The position numbers and the translations under genes are program-made. From Oscillospiraceae bacterium (lineage in GTDB: Bacteria; Bacillota; Clostridia; Oscillospirales; Oscillospiraceae), in the NCBI GenBank assembly GCA_018265835.1, contig JABLYK010000004.1:9015-73014 (forward strand): DNA of 64,000 bases. The letters run 5' to 3'. The notes under the pieces were generated by a model, which saw nothing but the letters and a program-made list of their open reading frames with translations, did no database searches and was not told where the DNA came from. Shown here piece by piece: positions 20,606 to 28,691 of this stretch (position 1 is its first letter; every line of letters begins with the position of its first letter).

Positions 20606-20809
20606 GGGAAACTATAAAAGAAAGCGTTTTTTAATTCTTTTCTCAAATTTATCCGGTATATCAGTATCAGAACAACGAAACGCATCTCCACAACGCCCAC
20701 AATGTTGCATTCGTAAGTTTTTGTGTGATTTCTTCACATTTTTGTCATTATTCACAAAAAACATTCCATCTTTTAGGCAGATAGTCTGCGGTTAATTCTG
20801 GATCAAACC

Positions 20810-20838
20810 GTTGACTTTTGCGATGCGGAAGTGTAAAC
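20810..20838 (+). promoter_or_regulatory. Promoter of the SLH-protein gene
   Basis: TTGACT, 17 nt, TAAACT, leaving a roughly 90-nt leader. Confidence 0.5.
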
Positions 20839-20937
20839 TGTTTAAGCAAATAGATATTGTCGTGTGCAGCATACATCTTGTCCCCTTTTGTGCGCGGCAA
20901 GCTGTTGGAACATCAAAAATTTTAAGGAGTGGAAACA

Positions 20938-22125
20938 ATGAAAAAGTCCCGCAAACTGCTCTGCGTTCTCCTCGCTCTCGTCATGGTCGTCGGCCTGCTG
21001 CCCGGCATGGCTTTCGCCGCTGACGTTGAGGAAGAGGTTGATGCAGAAGTTGCAGCCGTCGATGATGCAGAAGTTGCCGTCGTCGATGATGCAGAAGTTG
21101 CCGTCGTCGATGATGCCGAAGCCGAAAGCATCGGTGACATTGTTGACGTGATTGGTGGCATTACGCTTCCGTCCTACACGGTAACCGTTGTTACCAATAA
21201 GGGCATCCCCGCCGTCGGCGCCACGATCACCCTCACCGATCAGCTTACCGGTGATTCCGTCGCCTATACGACCGATTTCCTCGGTACCGCAATTCTGAAG
21301 CCGAAAAGCCTGACCGCAGTTTATACGGTATCTGCTACTTGGACATCCCCGCTCTTTGGTATCAAGTACATCTCCCTGCCCGGTCTGACTTGGTCTGCCA
21401 GCGTGAAGCCGGATTGGGATACGATCAAGGTCTATCCGGTCCCCAATATCGGCCTGAATTACACGGATCACACCGCCTATGTGAAGGGCTATCCTGACGG
21501 TATGGTTCGCCCGGAGAATAATATCACCCGTGCCGAAGCGGCCTCCATCATCTATCGCATCGCAAAGCCCGGTTCCTTCAGCACAGCGCCGAACACCTCT
21601 TTTGCCGACATCAAAGGCCATTGGGCTTTCAATGAAATCTCCGCACTGGCCAACGCTGGCATCATCAAAGGTACGTCTGCTACAACGTTCGAGCCTGATC
21701 GTTCCATCACGCGTGCAGAGCTGTTCACTATGATTGGTCGCATGTTCGCTGATTCCTATACAACGGACGGCTTGATCGGCAACATCTTCCAGGACATTGG
21801 CTCCGGCTATTTTGTGAAATACATTGAATTGCTGTACAAACTCGGTCTGGTCGAGGGCGACGGCAATGGTTTGGTCAGACCGACTGATCCTATTAAGCGC
21901 GCAGAAACCGTTACGCTGGTTAACAGACTGCTGCTCCGTCAGCCCGACAGCGAAAGCTGCGAGAGCTGCGCGAACGTAAAGTACTGGCCCGATAACCCGA
22001 AGGGTGCTTGGTACTACGCAGCCATTCAGGAAGCGACCAACTCTCACGATTATACTTTGACCGTGAAGCTGAATCCGTTCACCTCTGAGAAGATCTTCTG
22101 CGAAGTCTGGACCAAAGTATACTGA
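20938..22125 (+). CDS. Secreted S-layer-homology (SLH) domain surface protein with acidic N-terminal repeats
   Basis: ATG 20938 lies 8 nt after AAGGAG. Signal peptide ends ..GMAFA|AD. Then DDAEVAVV repeats and a beta-rich middle domain. C-terminal SLH repeats follow (FADIKGHWAFNEI...ITRAE; FQDIGSGYF...IKRAE). Confidence 0.85.
   Translation: MKKSRKLLCVLLALVMVVGLLPGMAFAADVEEEVDAEVAAVDDAEVAVVDDAEVAVVDDAEAESIGDIVDVIGGITLPSYTVTVVTNKGIPAVGATITLTDQLTGDSVAYTTDFLGTAILKPKSLTAVYTVSATWTSPLFGIKYISLPGLTWSASVKPDWDTIKVYPVPNIGLNYTDHTAYVKGYPDGMVRPENNITRAEAASIIYRIAKPGSFSTAPNTSFADIKGHWAFNEISALANAGIIKGTSATTFEPDRSITRAELFTMIGRMFADSYTTDGLIGNIFQDIGSGYFVKYIELLYKLGLVEGDGNGLVRPTDPIKRAETVTLVNRLLLRQPDSESCESCANVKYWPDNPKGAWYYAAIQEATNSHDYTLTVKLNPFTSEKIFCEVWTKVY
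21047..21136 (+). repeat. 24-bp in-frame tandem repeat, about 3.5 copies (unit GATGATGCAGAAGTTGCCGTCGTC)
   Basis: Two exact copies at 21071-21094 and 21095-21118, flanked by degenerate copies. Confidence 0.9.
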
Positions 22126-22135
22126 TCCTTTTCTG

Positions 22136-22173
22136 CAAAAAACACCCATCGGTATAACCGATGGGTGTTTTTT
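22136..22173. terminator. Bidirectional terminator
   Basis: AAAAAACACCCATCGG-TATAA-CCGATGGGTGTTTTTT. Confidence 0.85.
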
Positions 22174-22191
22174 CTTGCGAACAAATTCCCT

Positions 22192-22984
22192 TTACAGCAT
22201 GCTCCGGTAGTCCTCTTCGCATTGGATGCTGTCGGGCGGGAAGAACTCGTCAACCGGGAACCGGATCCGACTGAACATTGTGCAGGGATCGTCCTCCGTG
22301 GAGCCTTCGCACTCCTTATCCGGCATGCAGTAATCGTAAGCCGGGATGAGAAGCTGGGTATCACGCTCCAGACGGATGATGGAAAACTGCCCAATGGTGA
22401 CATACAGCCGGCGCGGCCGGTCGCAGAGCACCAGATCCTCGCCCATAGCCTCCATGATCGCCCTTGGGATCGCGCGCTGCTCAGCCTCGGTCGCCGCCAC
22501 ACAGTCATTGTCCACGATCTTCATGTGCAGCGCAATCGGATCGACCGACTCCACCACGCCGATCGGCAGTCCGGCACAGTCCGGAACACAGCCGCAGTCG
22601 TCGGACGAGAATGTCTTGGCGCTCGCTTCGCTGCCGAAGAGCATCACACGCTTGTCGAAAATCGCAAGGCCGGTGACCGTCTCTCCCGCAGGGAACGTTT
22701 CGCCCTTCACACGGTAGAAATATGTAACGTCCACCGTATAGTAGCCTTTGTTAAATGTGATCTCCTTGACATGCACATCTGCATACAGCAGCTCCGCCGA
22801 CCGCGCGCGGATGCTGAATGCGTTGTCGATATACGCCTGCGAACACGCGGTCGGATATACGCGCAGGTCGTCAACGCAGTCCTTATCTTTACAACTGTCA
22901 AAAATCTTTCGTGTATGGATACAAACCGCTTCCCGGACGGCTGCGGTGCTTTCGACCGGTCCCGGTACTACTCTGTCTGCCATT
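22192..22984 (-). CDS. Cysteine-rich conserved hypothetical protein (possible spore-associated)
   Basis: Start trimmed to MADRVV (ATG 22984, GGGAGG 7 nt upstream). Motif CIHTRKIFDSCKDKDC and about 14 Cys residues. No family recognised from memory. Confidence 0.7.
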
Positions 22985-23080
22985 TCAAAACCTCCCGGCA
23001 TAAGATTGAAGCTCGCTTCACTATAGTGTATGCAAGTTGGGTTTTGATGTGATTCCATTTGAAAAATCCGAGCAATTTGC

Positions 23081-23109
23081 TTTACACAATTCATTTCCGG
23101 AAGTATAAT
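23081..23109 (+). promoter_or_regulatory. Promoter of DUF4364-asnA
   Basis: TTTACA, 17 nt, TATAAT. Confidence 0.6.
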
Positions 23110-23183
23110 GTATTATCTGAGGACGCGGCGCATGGTGCGGCTGCACTTTGCGTCGATCAAGTTGTCAAGTGAGGTGAACCCGT

Positions 23184-23717
23184 ATGGATCGCTTTGGATT
23201 TATCCACGAGAAGCTGGATATCAAAATCCTGATCCTCTATATTCTCGATCAGCTCCCCTCCCCTGTGGATGCGCAGACCTTGTCGGAGCTGGTTTTTTGT
23301 GACGATGGCATCGGCTATTTCGACTACTCCGATTGTCTGGCGGAGCTGGTGGAAACCAACCACATCGAGGAGAAACGCGGGAAATACCGCATCACGGAAA
23401 AGGGTAGCCGCAACGTGGCGGAAGTCGGCAGCAGTCTGCCCTACTCTGTGCGCACAAAGGCCAGCCGGATCACCGCACCGATCGCGGAAAAGATGCGGCG
23501 TGCCGCAATGATCACCGCCGAGCACACCGTGTCGGAAAGCGGCGCGTGCAGCGTGACGCTGGCTCTGTCGGACGGGATCGGCAAAATTTTGTCTCTGGAG
23601 CTGCTGGCTGCGGATCCACAGCAGGCAGAGCGCATGGAACACTATTTCAAAAAGAACGCGGAGGACGTGTATCACGATCTGATCCGTATGCTGACGGAGG
23701 GCGAACTATCAAAATGA
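23184..23717 (+). CDS. DUF4364-family protein
   Basis: 177 aa. The N-terminus [11 protein letters not shown].. ..L pattern is typical of DUF4364. GTGAGGTG RBS. Confidence 0.75.
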   Translation: MDRFGFIHEKLDIKILILYILDQLPSPVDAQTLSELVFCDDGIGYFDYSDCLAELVETNHIEEKRGKYRITEKGSRNVAEVGSSLPYSVRTKASRITAPIAEKMRRAAMITAEHTVSESGACSVTLALSDGIGKILSLELLAADPQQAERMEHYFKKNAEDVYHDLIRMLTEGELSK

Positions 23718-24727
23718 ACACCTACATTCCCGAAGGTTACAAAAGTCTGCTGAGAATTTACGAGACGCAAAAGGCCATCGGTCTGCTCAAACGTCTGTTT
23801 GAGGATCAGCTCGCAGCCAATCTGAATCTGTTTCGGGTGTCCGCGCCGCTGTTTGTGGAAGAGTCCACCGGCCTGAACGACAACCTCAACGGCTATGAGC
23901 GCCCGGTCTCGTTCGACATCCTGCACACCGGCCGTGAAGCGCAGGTCGTGCAGTCGCTGGCCAAGTGGAAGCGCATGGCGCTGTATCGCTATCACTTCTA
24001 TCCCGGAAAGGGTCTGTATACCGACATGAACGCCATCCGGCGCGACGAGGACGTTCTGGACAATCTGCACTCCGTCTATGTGGACCAGTGGGACTGGGAA
24101 AAGGTCATCGAGCAAAAGGACCGCACAATCGACTATCTGAAATCCACGGTCATGGATATCGTCTCCGCCGTGTGCGACACGCAGGACACCATGCAGGCCA
24201 TCTATCCTCAGCTCAAGGTTCTGCCGAAGCTGCAGCGTCAGGTCACGTTCGTCACCACACAGGAGCTGGAGGATCGCTATCCGGAGCTGACGCCGAAGCA
24301 GCGGGAAACCGCTTTCGTCAAGGAGCATCCAACTACCTTCATCATCGGCATCGGCGGCGCGCTCAAATCCGGCCAGAAGCACGACGGACGCTCGCCGGAT
24401 TACGACGATTGGACGATGAACGGAGACATTCTGTTCTGGAACGACGTGCTCGGCTGTGCATTTGAGCTTTCGTCCATGGGTATCCGCGTCGATCCGGAAA
24501 GTCTGGACCGGCAGCTCACCATCGCCGGCTGCGATGACCGCCGGGGCCGGACGTATCATAAAATGCTGCTGAGCGGCGAGCTGCCACTCACCATCGGCGG
24601 CGGCATCGGCCAGTCGCGCCTGTCCATGCTCCTGCTTGGCAAGGCCCACATCGGCGAAGTGCAGGCCTCCGTCTGGGACGATGAGACTATTTCTGCCTGC
24701 GAAGCCGCCGGCGTGATGCTGCTGTAA
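23714..24727 (+). CDS. asnA: Aspartate--ammonia ligase
   Basis: Start MNTYIPEGY (ATG 23714) overlaps the upstream stop as ATGA. AsnA-like throughout ([13 protein letters not shown]). Confidence 0.95.
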   Translation: MNTYIPEGYKSLLRIYETQKAIGLLKRLFEDQLAANLNLFRVSAPLFVEESTGLNDNLNGYERPVSFDILHTGREAQVVQSLAKWKRMALYRYHFYPGKGLYTDMNAIRRDEDVLDNLHSVYVDQWDWEKVIEQKDRTIDYLKSTVMDIVSAVCDTQDTMQAIYPQLKVLPKLQRQVTFVTTQELEDRYPELTPKQRETAFVKEHPTTFIIGIGGALKSGQKHDGRSPDYDDWTMNGDILFWNDVLGCAFELSSMGIRVDPESLDRQLTIAGCDDRRGRTYHKMLLSGELPLTIGGGIGQSRLSMLLLGKAHIGEVQASVWDDETISACEAAGVMLL

Positions 24728-24840
24728 TAAAAGAAACCTTGGAACTATGTCGGTATGCCGCAATCCGCAAATGGGATGTAGGATTCCGCGCCGGCGCGAT
24801 GCGCCGATTGTACACCACATCAAAAATTTGGAGGATAAAA

Positions 24841-25203
24841 ATGACTAATCATGATTTTTATACCCTATTTGGTGCCGCCACATCAGAGCCGGACGAGGAT
24901 CGATACATCGCAGAGTGGGGCAAAAACAGTATCTTTTGCCCTGATTCGGACGATCTTGCTCCGGATATCGATGCCATTGTGCGCGATTTGCGTGAGATAT
25001 GGCGCGCCGCGCATATGAGCGTGCGTGATATCCGCAAAGCCGCAGGACTTACGCAGGCTGATCTTGCGGCGCACTTTGGGATACCGGCAAGGACTGTACA
25101 AAACTGGGAGTCGTCAAGCTCCACCTCGTCCAGATCTTGCGCTCCATACATCCGCCTGATGATGGCGGAAGCGCTTGGCATTGTGCATATTGATCGCTCT
25201 TGA
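24841..25203 (+). CDS. XRE-type helix-turn-helix protein
   Basis: ATG 24841 follows GGAGGATAAAA. C-terminal HTH AGLTQADLAAHFGIPARTVQNWE. Confidence 0.7.
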   Translation: MTNHDFYTLFGAATSEPDEDRYIAEWGKNSIFCPDSDDLAPDIDAIVRDLREIWRAAHMSVRDIRKAAGLTQADLAAHFGIPARTVQNWESSSSTSSRSCAPYIRLMMAEALGIVHIDRS

Positions 25204-25205
25204 TC

Positions 25206-25262
25206 CCCTTCCCGCCCTCGATTGTGCACCGGATCCCCGGCGCACAATCGAGGGCGGGCGGA
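25206..25262 (+). terminator. Long GC-rich inverted repeat after the HTH gene
   Basis: CCGCCCTCGATTGTGCACCGG...CCGGCGCACAATCGAGGGCGG. No clear U-tract. Confidence 0.45.
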
Positions 25263-25345
25263 CGAGCGGTGACAGAGATTTGACACCCAATTTTTATGTT
25301 TGTGTATGTTTTCAGCTGTATTAATTCGTATGTTTTCGGAGATAG

Positions 25346-25382
25346 AAAAATCCCTGTAACCATTGAGATTACAGGGATTTTT
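25346..25382 (-). terminator. tRNA-Gly terminator (bidirectional shape)
   Basis: AAAAATCCCTGTAA-...-TTACAGGGATTTTT, immediately 3' of the tRNA. Confidence 0.8.
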
Positions 25383-25396
25383 CAGTGTTTTCAATG

Positions 25397-25470
25397 TGGA
25401 GCGGGATACGGGAATCGAACCCGCCTATCCTGCTTGGGAAGCAGGTGTTCTACCAATGAACTAATCCCAC
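25397..25470 (-). tRNA. tRNA-Gly (anticodon CCC), CCA encoded
   Basis: Hand-folded from the reverse complement. Acceptor GTGGGAT/ATCCCGC, anticodon arm CCTGC-TTCCCAA-GCAGG, T-loop TTCGATT. Confidence 0.93.
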
Positions 25471-25480
25471 AGTGGATTGA

Positions 25481-25509
25481 ATTATATCACACTCCAGTGC
25501 GATTTTCAA
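25481..25509 (-). promoter_or_regulatory. Promoter of tRNA-Gly
   Basis: Minus strand reads TTGAAA, 17 nt, TATAAT, ending 10 nt before the tRNA 5' end. Confidence 0.65.
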
Positions 25510-25528
25510 GTGATTTATTTCTGAAAAC

Positions 25529-25557
25529 TTGACTTTCCCTATACAAAAACTTATAAT
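25529..25557 (+). promoter_or_regulatory. Promoter of the MATE gene
   Basis: TTGACT, 17 nt, TATAAT. Confidence 0.65.
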
Positions 25558-25607
25558 GTGGTTTTGCTGACTGTTTTGATCTGTTTTATCGTATTTGGAG
25601 TCGTATT

Positions 25608-26972
25608 ATGCAAACAATCCCCGCAAAAGAAAATAAAATGGGCACGATGCCCGAAAATAAGCTTTTGATGTCTATGGCCGTGCCGATGATGATCTCGATG
25701 CTGGTGCAGGCGCTGTACAACGTCGTGGACAGCATCTTTGTCTCGCGCATCTGTGAAAACGCGCTGACCGCCGTCTCCATGGCATTTCCGCTGCAAAACG
25801 TGGTGATCTCGGTCTCGGTCGGCTTCGGCGTCGGCATCAACGCGCTGCTCTCCCGCGCACTCGGTCAAAAAAATCCGGAGCGTGCCAATCAGGTCGCCGT
25901 ACAGGGGCTGATTTTGCAGGCCATCAGCTTCTTGCTGGTCCTGCTCATCGGCATTTTCGGCATGGAGGCGTACATGCGCACGCAGACCGACATTGAGGAG
26001 ATCGTCCAATTTGGCACGGTCTATCTGCGCATCTGTCTCATTTGCTCTTTCGGCGTCTTTATTCAGATCACATTTGAGCGCTTCCTGCAGGCAACCGGCC
26101 GCACGATCTACTCGATGATTACCCAGCTCACCGGCGCCATCATCAACATTGTGTTTGACCCCATTCTGATCTTCGGTCTGCTTGGCTTTCCCAAACTGGG
26201 TATCGCCGGCGCTGCGTGGGCCACAGTGTTCGGCCAATGTGTCGGTGCTGTCGTTGCGATCATTCTCAACCATCGCAAGAATGCCGATCTGCGGCTGAAG
26301 CTGCGCCACATCCGCCCGGATTACCGTCTGATGGGGGAAATCAGCAGCATCAGCATCCCATCTATTCTGATGTCATGTATCTCCTCGCTCACGGCCTATA
26401 TCATGAATCTGATCCTGATCTCCTTCTCCTCCACCGCCGTCGCCGTGTTCGGCGCCTATTTCAAACTCCAGAGCTTTATTTTCATGCCGATTTTCGGCCT
26501 GAATAACGGTATGGTGCCCATCATTGCATACAACTACGGCGCGCAGCGTCCGGATCGCATCCACAAGACCATCCGACTCGGCATGACCTACGCCGTCAGC
26601 ATCATGCTGACCGGGCTTCTGGTGTTTCATCTGTTCCCGGAAACGCTGCTGTCCTTCTTCGACGCATCTCCGGACATGATCGCCATCGGCGTTCCTGCGC
26701 TGCGCATCATAAGCCTCGCCTTCGTGTTCGCCGGGATCTGCATCATCAGCTCCTCGACGTGTCAGGCGCTGGGGTACAGCATCTACGGTATGCTGATCTC
26801 ATTTGCACGTCAGCTTGTCGTGCTGGTGCCCTGCGCGCTGCTGCTGGCGCGTACCCGCGTTTTGAACAATGTCTGGTTCGCCTTCCCAATCGCGGAGGTC
26901 GCGTCCATCATCATCTCCCTGCTCCTCCTGCGCACCGCTCTGCGCAAAACAGGCATGCTGAAAAAAGCATAA
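25608..26972 (+). CDS. MATE-family efflux transporter
   Basis: 454 aa, 12-TM MATE architecture (PMMISMLVQALYNVVDSIFV). Confidence 0.9.
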   Translation: MQTIPAKENKMGTMPENKLLMSMAVPMMISMLVQALYNVVDSIFVSRICENALTAVSMAFPLQNVVISVSVGFGVGINALLSRALGQKNPERANQVAVQGLILQAISFLLVLLIGIFGMEAYMRTQTDIEEIVQFGTVYLRICLICSFGVFIQITFERFLQATGRTIYSMITQLTGAIINIVFDPILIFGLLGFPKLGIAGAAWATVFGQCVGAVVAIILNHRKNADLRLKLRHIRPDYRLMGEISSISIPSILMSCISSLTAYIMNLILISFSSTAVAVFGAYFKLQSFIFMPIFGLNNGMVPIIAYNYGAQRPDRIHKTIRLGMTYAVSIMLTGLLVFHLFPETLLSFFDASPDMIAIGVPALRIISLAFVFAGICIISSSTCQALGYSIYGMLISFARQLVVLVPCALLLARTRVLNNVWFAFPIAEVASIIISLLLLRTALRKTGMLKKA

Positions 26973-26987
26973 CCCCGCACCCCATAA

Positions 26988-27016
26988 GCGCCCGATCTTC
27001 GGATCGGGCGCTTTTT
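26988..27016 (+). terminator. MATE gene terminator
   Basis: GCGCCCGATC-TTCG-GATCGGGCGC followed by TTTTT. Confidence 0.85.
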
Positions 27017-27084
27017 GCACGCGTATATTCTGCGGGGCATAAGATGGTCTGAGCGAGACCCATACAGATCAAGGAGGAACGATT

Positions 27085-27519
27085 TTGGAAAAGTGCGATT
27101 ATAAAAACGGAATGCTGCCGGAGTGCGCACCGCTGGCACTGGCTTACACGCCGATGCAGCAGTGCAGCGAGCCAGCTTACGATGGAAAAATGGCGTTGGC
27201 GCGCGGAACCCTGTTTCCGGGGCTCGACCTGCCATTCATGAACATGGTCAACAAGCCTGACAACCTGAGCACACCGCTCTGCGAGCTGATGGTACTGGAT
27301 TTTGTCGTGCAGGAGCTGAAGCTGTATCTGGATACGCACGCTGATGACGGCGAGGCGTTCAAGATGCTGCAGAAATGCATCCGCATGAGCAACGAGGGCC
27401 GCAAGCGCTATGCGGAGCTGTACGGTCCGATCACGATCCGCGACATGGAAAACGCCGCGACCTATGACTGGATCGACGCGCCGTGGCCCTGGCAGCACCA
27501 GAGCGGGAAAGGAGATTGA
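27085..27519 (+). CDS. Spore coat protein, fused CotJA-like plus CotJB-like
   Basis: TTG start 7 nt after AAGGAGG. The N-terminal half carries the CotJA signature (LALAYTPMQ...ALARGTLFPGLDLPF). The C-terminal half carries the CotJB signature (LDFVVQELKLYLDTH...YAELYGP). Confidence 0.75.
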   Translation: MEKCDYKNGMLPECAPLALAYTPMQQCSEPAYDGKMALARGTLFPGLDLPFMNMVNKPDNLSTPLCELMVLDFVVQELKLYLDTHADDGEAFKMLQKCIRMSNEGRKRYAELYGPITIRDMENAATYDWIDAPWPWQHQSGKGD

Positions 27520-27522
27520 GTC

Positions 27523-28119
27523 ATGTTTGTATATGAGAAAAAACTGCAATATCCCGTGCGCATCAAAAATACCAATCCCGCGCTGGCTAAGTTCATCATC
27601 ACGCAATATGGCGGCCCGGACGGCGAGCTTGGCGCCTCGCTCCGCTATCTCAGCCAGCGCTACGCCATGCCCTACCCCGAACTGGCCGCTGTCTTAACGG
27701 ACATCGGCACCGAGGAGCTCGGTCACCTGGAAATGATTGGTGCAATCGTGTATCAATTGACGCGCAATATGACGCCGGAGCAGATCAAGAAGGCGGGCTT
27801 TGACACGTACTTTGTAGATCACACTGCCGGAATCTACCCGCAGTTTGCCTCCGGCACGCCGTGGACGGCCGCGACCATCGCGGTCAAGGGCGATGTAATC
27901 ACCGATCTTTCGGAGGATATGGCCGCAGAGCAAAAGGCACGGACAACGTACGACAACATCCTGCGTCTGTCCGACGATCCGGACGTCAACGACGTCATCC
28001 GGTTCCTGCGCGCACGAGAGGTCGTGCATTACCAACGCTTCGGCGAAGCGCTGCGCCTGGCAACGGAAAAGATGGATCAGAAGAACGTCTACGCCGTCAA
28101 TCCGGCGTTCGACAAGTAA
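27523..28119 (+). CDS. cotJC: Spore coat protein CotJC (manganese-catalase family)
   Basis: YGGPDGELGASLRYLSQRY and EELGHLEMIG di-metal motifs. Confidence 0.9.
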   Translation: MFVYEKKLQYPVRIKNTNPALAKFIITQYGGPDGELGASLRYLSQRYAMPYPELAAVLTDIGTEELGHLEMIGAIVYQLTRNMTPEQIKKAGFDTYFVDHTAGIYPQFASGTPWTAATIAVKGDVITDLSEDMAAEQKARTTYDNILRLSDDPDVNDVIRFLRAREVVHYQRFGEALRLATEKMDQKNVYAVNPAFDK

Positions 28120-28128
28120 GCATACAAA

Positions 28129-28163
28129 ATCAGGCGGCATGCATCCTGCATGCCGCCTGACCA
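28129..28163. repeat. 35-nt hairpin repeat, copy 1
   Basis: ATCAGGCGGCATGCATCCTGCATGCCGCCTGACCA. 12-bp stem. 34/35 identical to copy 2. Confidence 0.9.
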
Positions 28164-28362
28164 GCTTGTCAAAAACCTCGTAGAGTTTCGCCGCTCGGAA
28201 GCGGCGAAAGAAGATTCAATCATTTTCTCCGGCGACATGTGCGGCGGAGAAAATACTGCTCGGCCTACAAACGTGCGAGCTGTCCGCCTTTGGCGGACAG
28301 TGAGTGCGCTGCAGTAGGCCGCAATCCCTTCCTGTCAAAAAAGCTTGCTTTTTTGACGACTC

Positions 28363-28397
28363 ATCAGGCGGCATGCTTCCTGCATGCCGCCTGACCA
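28363..28397. repeat. 35-nt hairpin repeat, copy 2
   Basis: ATCAGGCGGCATGCTTCCTGCATGCCGCCTGACCA. The single difference lies in the loop. Confidence 0.9.
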
Positions 28398-28429
28398 TTG
28401 TTGAAATTTGTTTGTGCCCCGTGGGACGC

Positions 28430-28678
28430 TCAACGTCCCGCGGCGCTTTCGATCTCCTGCAGTTCAAAGCGGTACCGCTGCGGACAATCCGGGTACTTTT
28501 CCCGATCGACCTCACTGAGGAACATTCCCTTGGGCCGCAGCCACAGGGATCCGTCGCCATAGAGCTTGCGGTAGATCACATATTCCTCGCCGGTCTCGGA
28601 GTCGTTGGCCACGTCCTCGACCAGATAGTAGTCGCCTTTGAAATGGCGGTAGACCCGTTTGAGCTTCAATTCACGCAT
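28430..28678 (-). CDS. DUF1653-family protein
   Basis: YRHFKGDYYLVEDVA...YRKLYGDGSLWLRP pattern. Start trimmed to MRELKLK (ATG 28678), 13 nt after the sbcC stop. Confidence 0.8.
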   Translation of the reverse strand: MRELKLKRVYRHFKGDYYLVEDVANDSETGEEYVIYRKLYGDGSLWLRPKGMFLSEVDREKYPDCPQRYRFELQEIESAAGR

Positions 28679-28691
28679 GGGCTGCTCCTCC

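Noticed and set aside
20724-20738. Palindrome TGTGA-TTTCT-TCACA upstream of the SLH gene, considered as a CRP/FNR-type site.
   Set aside because: The spacer is 5 nt rather than the canonical 6. It lies about 70 bp upstream of the -35 in an AT-rich region where such palindromes arise easily. No supporting evidence.
24739-25470. Orphan XRE-HTH gene on the 3' side of tRNA-Gly, considered as a prophage or toxin-antitoxin remnant. There is a weak resemblance of 24773-24795 to the tRNA-Gly 3' half.
   Set aside because: There is no adjacent toxin-sized ORF, integrase or phage gene. The putative att-like similarity is only about 14/23 matches, which I do not consider significant.
28237-28305. 22-codon ORF (MCGGENTARPTNVRAVRLWRTV) inside the structured cotJC/DUF1653 spacer.
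   Set aside because: It has no SD sequence, its composition is dictated by hairpin arms, and it has no recognisable peptide family.
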